From: Burkholderiales bacterium
GTDB lineage: Bacteria > Pseudomonadota > Gammaproteobacteria > Burkholderiales > SG8-39
Assembly: GCA_036566325.1 (NCBI GenBank)
Contig: DATCWO010000076.1
Span: 1-31,543, forward strand
DNA length: 31,543 nt
Direction: 5' to 3'
Of the stretch, positions 19,194-30,927 are shown in pieces. A program made the translations under genes and the position numbers. Within the stretch, counting starts at the first letter, position 1; each line of letters begins with the position of its first letter. Under the pieces are notes generated by a model. The model saw nothing but the letters and a program-made list of their open reading frames with translations, was not told where the DNA came from and did not search any database.

Positions 19194-19769
19194 ATGAAGC
19201 ATTTGCGGGGTTTCATCGTTGCCGCCCTGCTCGCGGTGTTTGCGATGGTTGTATGGGCAAACGAGATCGGCATCAGCAATGCTGCTCTGTCACCGGCGGA
19301 CGACGGCGGCTACATGCTGTCCGCGGATTTCGATTTGACGTTGAGCCGTCGTCTTGACGATGCGCTGAGCGAGGGGGTGCCGCTTTATTTCGCGCTCGAC
19401 TTCGAATGTTATCGGCCGCGCTGGTACTGGTTCGATGCCACGGTGGCGAAGAAAACGCATCAGGCGCGTTTGTCCTTTCATGCCCTGACGCGCACTTATC
19501 GGCTCAGTACCGGCGCCCTGCACCAGACCTTCGCCTCCGCGGAGGAAGCCGTGCGTGCGCTGAGTACGGTGCGCAGCTGGCATGTTTTGGCACCGGGCGA
19601 TCTGCGACCCAACACCAGCTACGAAGTCGCCGTTCGCATGGCGCTCGACGTCGACCAGTTGCCCAAGCCGTTTCAGGTCAGTGCGCTGACCAACCGTGAC
19701 TGGACGCTGAGTTCGCGCTGGGAACGTTGGGGGTTTGCCACCGACGCCGACGGGAAGATCGTGCGATGA
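19194..19769 (+). CDS. DUF4390 family exported protein
   Basis: Signal-like N-terminus, EGVPLYF, RWYWFD, LSFHALTRTYRL, QLPKPFQVSAL...DW; conserved between rsmB and the NtrY-like kinase. Start uncertain (19146, 19155 or 19194). Confidence 0.85.
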   Translation: MKHLRGFIVAALLAVFAMVVWANEIGISNAALSPADDGGYMLSADFDLTLSRRLDDALSEGVPLYFALDFECYRPRWYWFDATVAKKTHQARLSFHALTRTYRLSTGALHQTFASAEEAVRALSTVRSWHVLAPGDLRPNTSYEVAVRMALDVDQLPKPFQVSALTNRDWTLSSRWERWGFATDADGKIVR

Positions 19770-21847
19770 GATACGTGCTCATCGCCAGCGGCGCCCTCGG
19801 GGGCATCCTGCTCTTCCTGCTCGCTGCCGCGAGTGCGGATTCATCGCTGTTTGCCGGGCACTATCCGCTGCTGCTGGTCCTCAACGGCGTCATTGCGGTC
19901 GCGCTCGTCGGCCTGGTTATTTATCAGCTGGTCACCTTGCGACGTGCGCTCAAGGCGCGCGTGTTCGGCTCTCGTCTGACCTTGCGGTTTCTGCTCGTTT
20001 TCGTGCTGATGGCGGCGTTGCCCGGTGCGCTGGTCTATACCGTCTCAGTCCAGTTCCTCGCCAAGAGCATCGAGTCGTGGTTTGACGTCCGGGTCGACGC
20101 GGCGCTGGAGTCCGGCCTCGATCTCGGCCGCACCGTATTGAATAACATGCTCAACGATTTGCGCAGCAAGGCGCGGACGATTTCGCTTGAATTGGGCGAT
20201 GCACCCGTCCAGCAGCAGGCAAGCATGCTGAATCGCTTGCGCGAACAGACGGGGGTGGAAGATGCGTTGGTCGCGACGACGAGCGGCTTCGTCCTTTCCA
20301 GCGCCAGCCGGTTGCCGACGCAACTGGTGCCGGAGGCGCCGCCGATTTCGGTGTTGCGTCAGGTTCGCCAGGGGCGGGATTACGCCGCCATTGAACCTGC
20401 GGGCGAGAACGGCCTGTTGATGCGAGTGGTGGTGCCGCTGCCGACCACCGCATGGGTGGAAGACAATCGTCTGCTGCAACTCGTGCAACCGGTGCCGCCG
20501 TCGTTGGCCGAAAGCGCGGAGACGGTGCAGGCGGTCTATCGCGACTACAAGGAGTTGTCGCTACTGCGCGTCGGACTCAAGCGCATCTACATCCTCACAC
20601 TCACGCTTGCCTTGTTGCTGGCGCTGTTCACCGCCATTGCACTTGCGTTCATTCTCAGTCGGCGACTGTCGACGCCGTTGGCGGTGCTCGCGGAAGCAAC
20701 ACAGGATGTGGCGCGCGGCGATTTCACTCGTCGCGCCAAGATCACCAGTCGCGACGAATTGGGCGTGCTGACCAAGTCCTTCAACAGCATGACCGACCAG
20801 TTGGGCGAGGCGCGCGCCGCCGCCGAGCGCAATCGCGCGCAGGTCGAGAACGCGAAGGCCTATCTGGAAAACATCCTGGCAACGCTATCGGCGGGAGTGA
20901 TGACTTTCGACGACACATTCCGCCTGCAGATCGCGAACGCGAGCGCTGAGGCCATCCTCAAGGACGCGCTCGTCCCCGGTCAGCCGCTGTCCGGTTCCGA
21001 GGCGTTGGTCGCGCTGGCACAACTCGTGCGCAACAGCTTCGAAACGGCGAACGAGTCATCGTGGCAGCAGGAACTGGAATTGCCGGGCCGCGATCAAGTC
21101 CTGCTGGTGCGTGGCTCGCTGTTGCCGCATGCGCTTGGTTATGTCGTCGTATTCGACGATGTCACGCAGTTGATCGCAGCGCAACGCGCGACCGCGTGGG
21201 CGGAGGTTGCGCGACGGCTGGCGCACGAAATCAAGAATCCGCTCACGCCCATTCAGTTGTCCGCCGAGCGCTTGCAACACAAGCTGGCCGATAAGCTCGA
21301 TGCCGCCGATGCCGCCGCGCTGCAACGCGCGACCGGTACCATCGTCGCGCAAGTCGCGGCGATGAAATCGATGGTCGACGAGTTTCGTGACTATTCCCGT
21401 CTGCCTGCCCCAACGCTGGCTGCGCTCGACCTCAACCAACTGGTGGGCGATGTGCTTGCTTTATACGAACATGCGTCGAATCGTTTCGTTATCGATCTCG
21501 CACACGAGATGCCGCGGGTACGCGGCGACGCCAGCCAGTTGCGCCAGGTTATCCATAATCTGTTGCGAAATGCGGAGGACGCCTTGCATGGTCACGCCGA
21601 ACCGCGTATTGAAATCCGTACCGAGGTGGTGGGTGATCGCGTGCGGCTGTCGGTGAGAGACAATGGCGGTGGCTTCGCCGAATCGGTCATGAAGCGGGCG
21701 TTCGAACCGTACGTGACCACCAAATCGAAAGGTACCGGCCTGGGTCTGGCGATCGTCAAGAAGATCATCGACGAGCACCATGGCACGGTAAGCCTGGAAA
21801 ACAAGGAGGGCGCAGCGGTGACGATCGCCCTGCCCCGTGCAGCATGA
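19766..21847 (+). CDS. ntrY: NtrY/PlrS-like sensor histidine kinase (TM, HAMP, PAS-like, HisKA, HATPase)
   Basis: ATGA overlap with the DUF4390 stop; HAMP DELGVLTKSFNSMT; H-box AWAEVARRLAHEIKNPLTPIQLSAERL; N-box NLLRNA; DNGGGF, FEPYVTTK, GTGLGLAIV. Confidence 0.88.
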   Translation: MRYVLIASGALGGILLFLLAAASADSSLFAGHYPLLLVLNGVIAVALVGLVIYQLVTLRRALKARVFGSRLTLRFLLVFVLMAALPGALVYTVSVQFLAKSIESWFDVRVDAALESGLDLGRTVLNNMLNDLRSKARTISLELGDAPVQQQASMLNRLREQTGVEDALVATTSGFVLSSASRLPTQLVPEAPPISVLRQVRQGRDYAAIEPAGENGLLMRVVVPLPTTAWVEDNRLLQLVQPVPPSLAESAETVQAVYRDYKELSLLRVGLKRIYILTLTLALLLALFTAIALAFILSRRLSTPLAVLAEATQDVARGDFTRRAKITSRDELGVLTKSFNSMTDQLGEARAAAERNRAQVENAKAYLENILATLSAGVMTFDDTFRLQIANASAEAILKDALVPGQPLSGSEALVALAQLVRNSFETANESSWQQELELPGRDQVLLVRGSLLPHALGYVVVFDDVTQLIAAQRATAWAEVARRLAHEIKNPLTPIQLSAERLQHKLADKLDAADAAALQRATGTIVAQVAAMKSMVDEFRDYSRLPAPTLAALDLNQLVGDVLALYEHASNRFVIDLAHEMPRVRGDASQLRQVIHNLLRNAEDALHGHAEPRIEIRTEVVGDRVRLSVRDNGGGFAESVMKRAFEPYVTTKSKGTGLGLAIVKKIIDEHHGTVSLENKEGAAVTIALPRAA

Positions 21848-21874
21848 GTTCGCCGGTGAGGGTGAGCGACTGAT

Positions 21875-23122
21875 ATGGCAACGATACTTGTAGTCGATGA
21901 CGAAATCGGCATACGTGAACTGCTGTCCGAAATACTGGCTGACGAAGGACACACCGTATGTCTCGCCGAGAACGCCGCCAGCGCGCGCGAGCAGCGTAAT
22001 CGCGCGCGGCCGGATCTCGTGCTGCTCGACATCTGGATGCCGGACATCGACGGCATTTCATTGCTTAAGGAGTGGGCCGCAGCGGGTCAGTTGACCATGC
22101 CGGTAGTCATGATGTCAGGCCATGCGACGATCGATACCGCGGTCGAGGCCACGCGCATCGGCGCAATGGAGTTTCTCGAAAAGCCGATCGCGATGCAGAA
22201 GTTGCTTGCGACAGTCAAGCGCGCGCTGCGTGCATCGGAGCCGCAGACTTATGCGCGATTCGCGCCGCTCAACATCGGTCGCTCGCCGGCGATCACCGAT
22301 TTACGCAGACGCCTGACGCAATACGCACAGGTCAATACGCCGTTGTTGCTGCGCGGCGAAGCCGGCGCAATGGCTGAACTGTACGCGCGCGCCTTGCATC
22401 AACCGGGGATGCCGTTCGTCGTCGCAGGTTCCGCGCTGTCCGAGGCACCGCAGCCGTTGCTCGCCCAGGCGGCCGGCGGCGTGCTGTTCGTCGACGAACT
22501 GGGCGCGTTATCCAAAGCGCAGCAGCGCGGTCTGGCTTTTCTCGTGCCGCATGCCGAGCGGCAAAAGGTGCGTCTCGTGTGCTTCACAACCTATGCACAC
22601 CGCGAGCTCGTGGTCGATTGCGGACTGGACGAAGGGCTGCTGGCGCACGTATCCCAACTCGTGCTCGCCCTGCCGCCGCTGCGGGCACAAGCCGAAGATA
22701 TCCCGGACCTTGCGACGAGCCTTTTGACGCAACTGATCGAGACGCGTGTGAGCCCGCCGCGCAGTTTTGCGGTTGCGGCGCTGAACGTGCTGCGACAGCA
22801 CCCGTGGCCGCGCAACATGGAAGAATTGCATCAGGTCGTGCGCAGCGCGGCGCTCACTGCGCTGGATGCGGAAATCAGCGCGGAAGATGTGCAGCATGTT
22901 CTACCGCCCCCGCCGCCGCAGGAATCCGTGCCGCTTGCAGCCGGGCTGCTCGACCTGCCGCTGCGCGAAGCGCGCGAAGAATTCGAGCGCACCTACTTCG
23001 AACACCACCTCGCGCGCGACGTTTCAATGAGCCGACTGGCCGAGAAGAGCGGCCTGGAACGCACGCACCTTTATCGCAAACTGAAGGCCCTGGGATTGCA
23101 CGCCGGGAAAAAGGAAGAATAA
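21875..23122 (+). CDS. ntrX: NtrX/PlrR-like response regulator (REC, degenerate AAA+, Fis-type HTH)
   Basis: ILVVDDE, LLDIWMP (phospho-Asp), MSGH, FLEKP; central WPRNMEEL; C-terminal GLERTHLYRKLK. Confidence 0.88.
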   Translation: MATILVVDDEIGIRELLSEILADEGHTVCLAENAASAREQRNRARPDLVLLDIWMPDIDGISLLKEWAAAGQLTMPVVMMSGHATIDTAVEATRIGAMEFLEKPIAMQKLLATVKRALRASEPQTYARFAPLNIGRSPAITDLRRRLTQYAQVNTPLLLRGEAGAMAELYARALHQPGMPFVVAGSALSEAPQPLLAQAAGGVLFVDELGALSKAQQRGLAFLVPHAERQKVRLVCFTTYAHRELVVDCGLDEGLLAHVSQLVLALPPLRAQAEDIPDLATSLLTQLIETRVSPPRSFAVAALNVLRQHPWPRNMEELHQVVRSAALTALDAEISAEDVQHVLPPPPPQESVPLAAGLLDLPLREAREEFERTYFEHHLARDVSMSRLAEKSGLERTHLYRKLKALGLHAGKKEE

Positions 23123-23132
23123 GGAGCGCGTT

Positions 23133-24557
23133 TTGAAAATCGTCATCCTCGGCGCCGGACAAGTGGGCTCCACGCTGGCGGAAAGTCTGGCGTCCGAAAA
23201 GAACGACATCACGGTCGTCGACGTGGAATCAGGGCGACTGCGCGATCTTCAGGATCGGCTTGATCTGCGTACCGTGATCGGCAGTGCGGCACATCCGGAA
23301 ACATTGATTGAAGCCGGCATCGAAGACGCCGACATACTGATCGCGGTCACACAATCGGACGAGACGAATCTGGTTGCCTGCCGTATCGCCGCGCAGCTCT
23401 ACAACGTACCGACCAAGATCGCGCGTATCCGTACTCCGGGTTTTCTCAGTCGGCCGGAACTGCTCGAAGGCGGTGGTTTCAATGTCGACCACGCCATTTG
23501 TCCGGAGGCGGTACTCACCGAGTACATCACGCGCTTGATTGAGTTTCCGGAAGCGTTGCAGGTTCTCGATTTCGCCGATGGCCTGCTGACCATGGTCGTG
23601 GTGCGTGCCGTCAAGGGTGGCCCGCTGGTCGGGCATCCGCTGAAGGAATTGCGCCATCATGTGCCGAACGTCGACGCGCGCATCGTCGCCATTTTTCGCG
23701 GCGACGAAGCCACCATCCCGGACGGCGACACCGTCGTACTGCATGGCGACGAAGTGTTCTTTCTTGCTCCCACCGATCACATCCGTCAGGTGATGCGCGA
23801 GTTGCGCAAGATGGACAAACCGGTGAGACGCCTGATGATCGCGGGCGGCGGCAACATTGGTATTCGTCTTGCGCGGGCGCTCGAGAATGACTATCAGGTC
23901 AAGCTGATCGAACGCAACAAGCAGCGAACCGAATTCGTCGCTAACGTGTTGAACAAGGTGCTCGTTCTGCAAGGTGATGCGACCGACGAGGAATTGCTCG
24001 AGTCGGAAAACATCGATGACATGGATCTCTTCCTTGCGCTGACGAACGATGACGAGAACAACATCATGTCGGCGTTGCTGGCCAAGCGCATGGGTGCGCG
24101 CCGTGTCGTGGCGCTGATCAATCGACGCGCTTACGCCGATCTGGTGCAGGGCGGGCAGATCGATATCGCGCTGTCGCCGGCGCAAGCCACCATCGGTAAA
24201 TTGCTGCAGCACATCCGGCGTGCTGATGTCGTGGCCGTGCACAGCTTGCGCCGCGGCGCGGCCGAAGCGCTCGAACTGGTGGCACACGGCGACGAGCATA
24301 GTTGCAAGGTCATCGGCAAACGGATCGAGGAGATTTCGCTGCCGCGCGACGCGACGATCGGGGCGATCGTGCGCAAGCGCGCGGCAGCGCAAAGCGAGCG
24401 AGTCGATGTCGCCGCACCGGAACAGTTGTCCGACGTCATCATGGCGCACCACGACACGGTGATTCAGTCGGGCGACCACGTCATCATGTTCGTTGCCAAC
24501 AAGCGCATGGTGCCCAAGATCGAGAAGCTGTTCCAGGTTGGTTTTAGCTTTATCTGA
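23133..24557 (+). CDS. trkA: Trk potassium uptake gating subunit TrkA
   Basis: TTG start after AAGGAG; two RCK_N domains (IVILGAGQVG; MIAGGGNIG), AVTQSDETN, ALTNDDENNIMS, HSLRRGAAEALE. Confidence 0.98.
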   Translation: MKIVILGAGQVGSTLAESLASEKNDITVVDVESGRLRDLQDRLDLRTVIGSAAHPETLIEAGIEDADILIAVTQSDETNLVACRIAAQLYNVPTKIARIRTPGFLSRPELLEGGGFNVDHAICPEAVLTEYITRLIEFPEALQVLDFADGLLTMVVVRAVKGGPLVGHPLKELRHHVPNVDARIVAIFRGDEATIPDGDTVVLHGDEVFFLAPTDHIRQVMRELRKMDKPVRRLMIAGGGNIGIRLARALENDYQVKLIERNKQRTEFVANVLNKVLVLQGDATDEELLESENIDDMDLFLALTNDDENNIMSALLAKRMGARRVVALINRRAYADLVQGGQIDIALSPAQATIGKLLQHIRRADVVAVHSLRRGAAEALELVAHGDEHSCKVIGKRIEEISLPRDATIGAIVRKRAAAQSERVDVAAPEQLSDVIMAHHDTVIQSGDHVIMFVANKRMVPKIEKLFQVGFSFI

Positions 24558-24561
24558 GCTG

Positions 24562-26049
24562 ATGATCGACGCCACGTTTATCCCAGGCGCGTTCGAGCGC
24601 CGCATGCCGCTGCTCAACACGCTCGGCAAGGTCATCATGATTTTCGGCCTGTCGCTGGCGCTGCCCATCGGCATTTCGCATTACCTCAACGATGGCGCCG
24701 AACGGGCCTATGACGAGGCGCTGCTGGTCACGGTCCTGATCGGCGCGATATTGTGGTTCTCGACGCGTCGCTATCGCGGCGAACTCGCGACGCGCGACGG
24801 CTTTCTGCTCGTCGGATTGGTGTGGACAGCGCTACCCGCGCTGGCGACTTTGCCGTTGCTGTTTTACCTGCCTCAGATGTCGTTCACCGACGCGTACTTC
24901 GAGACGGTGTCCGGCCTCACGGCGTCCGGTGCAACGGTAATGGAACAGGTCGACAACCTGCCGCCTTCCATCAACGTGTGGCGCACGCAACTGTGCTGGA
25001 TGGGCGGCATGGGGATCGTCGTGCTGGCGGTGGCGATTCTGCCGCTGCTCGGCGTCGGCGGTGCGCAACTGTTCAAGGCCGAAATCCCGACGCCGATGAA
25101 GGACAACCGCCTGACGCCGCGCATCAACGAGACCGCCAAAGGTTTGTGGATGGTGTACTTCGCCGCCACCATTGCGTGCGTGGCGGCCTATCGGGTGGCG
25201 GGTATGACATGGCTCGATGCCATGATGCACGGGTTTTCCACCGTGAGTCTGGGCGGACTTTCGCCGCACGATGCAAGCTTCGGCTACTTCGATTCGCTCG
25301 CCATCGAAATCATCTGCATTGTCTTCATGCTATTCGCGAGTCTTAACTTCGCCACCCACTTTCTCGTCTGGCGCCGTCGCTCGTTGCGCGCCTACTGGCG
25401 TGATCCAGAGGTCGCCTGGGTACTTGGCGTCATGCTTGGCAGCGCGCTGCTCCTCGCGATTTTTCTTTACGCCCGCAGCTTCTACGAAACCTTCGGCGAA
25501 GCATTGCGGTATGCAATGTTCAACGTCGTTTCCGTCGCCAGCACGGCCGGTTTCGCGACGGCCGATTTCAACCAGTGGCCCATCTTCGCGCCGCTGTGGA
25601 TGTTGTTCTTATCGTCGATCGCCTGTTCGTCCGGCTCGACCGGCGGCGGTATAAAAATGATTCGCGCCCTGGTATTGCAGCGTCAGGCGCTGCGCGAGTT
25701 CACCCGCATTCTTCATCCGCGCGCCGAAGTGCCGCTGAAGATCGGCAGTGGGGTCGTCGATAACAAACTGATTTTCGCGGTGCTGGCCTTCATGCTGATC
25801 TATGGCAGCGTGATGATCGCGATGACGCTGTTGTTGGCGGCCTCCGGGGTCGATGTCATCACCGCTTTCTCCGCCATCGTTGCGTGTCTGAACAACCTGG
25901 GGCCGGGCCTGCATCAGGTCGGACCCAACAGTAACTTCTCGGCATTGACCGATTTCCAGACGTGGGTCTGTACCGTGACCATGCTGCTCGGTCGTCTGGA
26001 GCTGTTCACGTTGCTGGTGCTGTTCACGCCGGGATTCTGGCGTAAATGA
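24562..26049 (+). CDS. trkH: Trk potassium uptake membrane subunit TrkH
   Basis: Four pore-loop glycine motifs (LTASGAT, SLGGLS, STAGF, NNLGPG), WMGGMGIVV, GSTGGGIK, MLLGRLELFT. Start is 24562 or 24604. Confidence 0.96.
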   Translation: MIDATFIPGAFERRMPLLNTLGKVIMIFGLSLALPIGISHYLNDGAERAYDEALLVTVLIGAILWFSTRRYRGELATRDGFLLVGLVWTALPALATLPLLFYLPQMSFTDAYFETVSGLTASGATVMEQVDNLPPSINVWRTQLCWMGGMGIVVLAVAILPLLGVGGAQLFKAEIPTPMKDNRLTPRINETAKGLWMVYFAATIACVAAYRVAGMTWLDAMMHGFSTVSLGGLSPHDASFGYFDSLAIEIICIVFMLFASLNFATHFLVWRRRSLRAYWRDPEVAWVLGVMLGSALLLAIFLYARSFYETFGEALRYAMFNVVSVASTAGFATADFNQWPIFAPLWMLFLSSIACSSGSTGGGIKMIRALVLQRQALREFTRILHPRAEVPLKIGSGVVDNKLIFAVLAFMLIYGSVMIAMTLLLAASGVDVITAFSAIVACLNNLGPGLHQVGPNSNFSALTDFQTWVCTVTMLLGRLELFTLLVLFTPGFWRK

Positions 26050-26056
26050 CGGGCCG

Positions 26057-26584
26057 TTAGAGCGACAGCATCTTGAACGAGCCCAGATAAAACGCGAGAT
26101 CGACTTCGGCGGATTGCTCGCGCGGGCCGATAAAGGTGATCTGGTAGAGCTTGTCCGAGCCAATCAGTAAGCGGGCAGCGACCAGCATCGGTTTGTCCTG
26201 CGCCGTGCCTTCCGCTTGGAATTCCTGCCCGTTCAGTCCCGGCAGGGTCACCGGCTGTTCGATCGATATCCGCCCGTTGATGTTGTGCACCAGACCGTCT
26301 CGTGCCGCGGCCAGCAGCACATTGCCGTCCACATCCGCAGGCAGATCGGCATAGCCCACACCGAATGCCATGCCGTTCACTTCAGCGCTCAACATGTGCA
26401 GACGCAGCGCGGTGCCGCCGATCTTCACTTCGCGCGTCACTTCATTCGGCTTTGCCGGAAACATCACTGCGAAACCGCCGTCGTTCGAGCGCAGCTCGCG
26501 CCAGTCGAGATCGGGATAACAGCCGGTAAGCAACACGGCCGCGAGCAGGCAAAGCAACGCGACACCCGATCGCCTGGCGTTCAT
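26057..26584 (-). CDS. Hypothetical lipoprotein
   Basis: Basic N-terminus (NARR), hydrophobic stretch, lipobox LTG-C, then a roughly 150-aa soluble domain; no family securely recognised. Confidence 0.75.
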   Translation of the reverse strand: MNARRSGVALLCLLAAVLLTGCYPDLDWRELRSNDGGFAVMFPAKPNEVTREVKIGGTALRLHMLSAEVNGMAFGVGYADLPADVDGNVLLAAARDGLVHNINGRISIEQPVTLPGLNGQEFQAEGTAQDKPMLVAARLLIGSDKLYQITFIGPREQSAEVDLAFYLGSFKMLSL

Positions 26585-26615
26585 GCCGTGCAAATCCGGT
26601 CGTTGTTCATCCGTT

Positions 26616-26966
26616 TTACTTCGCTGCGACGCAGGCGATCTCGATCAGCATGCGGTGGTCGGCGAGTTTCGCTTCGACCGTCGCCCGACAAGGCAGATTG
26701 CCGGCGTCGATCCATGCAGACCACACTTCGTTCATCGCTTCGCGATGGCGCATGTCGGTCAGCCAGATATTGGCAGACAGAATCTTTGATTTGTTCGAGC
26801 CGGCTTTGGCGAGCAAATCGTCGATCTGCTTCAACACATTCGCGGTCTGGCCTTTGATGTCCAGGCTCACGTCGGTCGGCACCTGGCCGCCGAGGAATAC
26901 GAAGCCGTTGTACTCGACTGCGTCGCACAGCACTTTGCCGTGCGGATTATGGCGGACGATATTCAA
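26616..26966 (-). CDS. RidA/YjgF/YER057c family protein (YoaB-like)
   Basis: VFLGGQV, QTANVLKQIDDLL, ANIWLTDM, AMNEVW, PCRATV (conserved Arg), IEIACVA; TTG start after AGGA. Confidence 0.92.
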   Translation of the reverse strand: MNIVRHNPHGKVLCDAVEYNGFVFLGGQVPTDVSLDIKGQTANVLKQIDDLLAKAGSNKSKILSANIWLTDMRHREAMNEVWSAWIDAGNLPCRATVEAKLADHRMLIEIACVAAK

Positions 26967-27001
26967 TTTTTTTCCTGGATTTGGTTCGTAATTTGTCGAA
27001 A

Positions 27002-30679
<3,678 letters not shown>

Positions 30680-30696
30680 GGGGCCGGCGGAGGGTG

Positions 30697-30722
30697 AAAG
30701 CAAAAAGCCCGCGCTGGCGGGC
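30697..30722 (-). terminator. Intrinsic terminator in the metH 5' leader (attenuator)
   Basis: Minus strand GCCCGC-CAGC-GCGGGC followed by TTTTTGCTTT, ending 17 nt upstream of the metH ATG and in the same orientation as metH. Confidence 0.75.
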
Positions 30723-30831
30723 ATCGTTGACGCGTGCCCTGCTGTGATTTGACTTAAGCGAACACGCGACCCAAGGCTAAAGGGTTGATGCGTCAGTGTC
30801 AATTTAGGAGCCTTTGGGTTGAAGCCCTGCT
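30723..30831 (-). ncRNA. Candidate cis-regulatory RNA (riboswitch-like aptamer) upstream of metH, class unassigned
   Basis: Two adjacent stems (ACCCAAAGGCU/AGCCUUGGGU; CGCGUG/CACGCG) directly upstream of the terminator, with a competing antiterminator pairing. Confidence 0.45.
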
Positions 30832-30844
30832 ATTGAAATGGTTT

Positions 30845-30858
30845 TTGATCGTGATCAA
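30845..30858. promoter_or_regulatory. FNR/ANR-family binding site
   Basis: TTGAT-CGTG-ATCAA is a perfect match to TTGAT-N4-ATCAA. A -10-like CATACT at 30880-30885 gives class II (about -41.5) geometry toward ompW. Confidence 0.8.
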
Positions 30859-30927
30859 CCGGCTTCCCGGCGCCATAACCATACTTCTCACATGGAATTG
30901 TTCATGTCGTTGAGGTATGGAGATCGA

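Noticed and set aside
23229-24674. 481-aa minus-strand ORF
   Set aside because: Antisense shadow of trkA; no recognisable motifs.
30741-30786. SAM-II-like words TGATTTG and GCTAAAG on the plus strand within the metH leader
   Set aside because: They are antisense to metH, the UUGC segment needed to pair with GCUAA is missing, and the spacing does not fit. Treated as coincidence pending a covariance-model search of both strands.
30680-30802. 41-codon in-frame N-terminal extension of metH as a leader peptide or longer protein
   Set aside because: It begins at a TTG with no RBS, runs through the terminator, has no Met/Cys codon cluster typical of attenuator peptides, and MetH similarity begins only at MQPDRT.
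30834-30846. Possible MetR box (TGAA-N5-TTCA) upstream of metH
   Set aside because: Best match TGAAATGGTTTTT lacks the second half-site; too weak to call.
30857-30872. AACCGGCTTCCCGGCG resembling the SAM/SAH riboswitch loop (AACGGCUUCCUGGCG)
   Set aside because: No enclosing P1 stem, it is oriented toward ompW rather than a Met gene, and it lies upstream of the predicted ompW transcription start.
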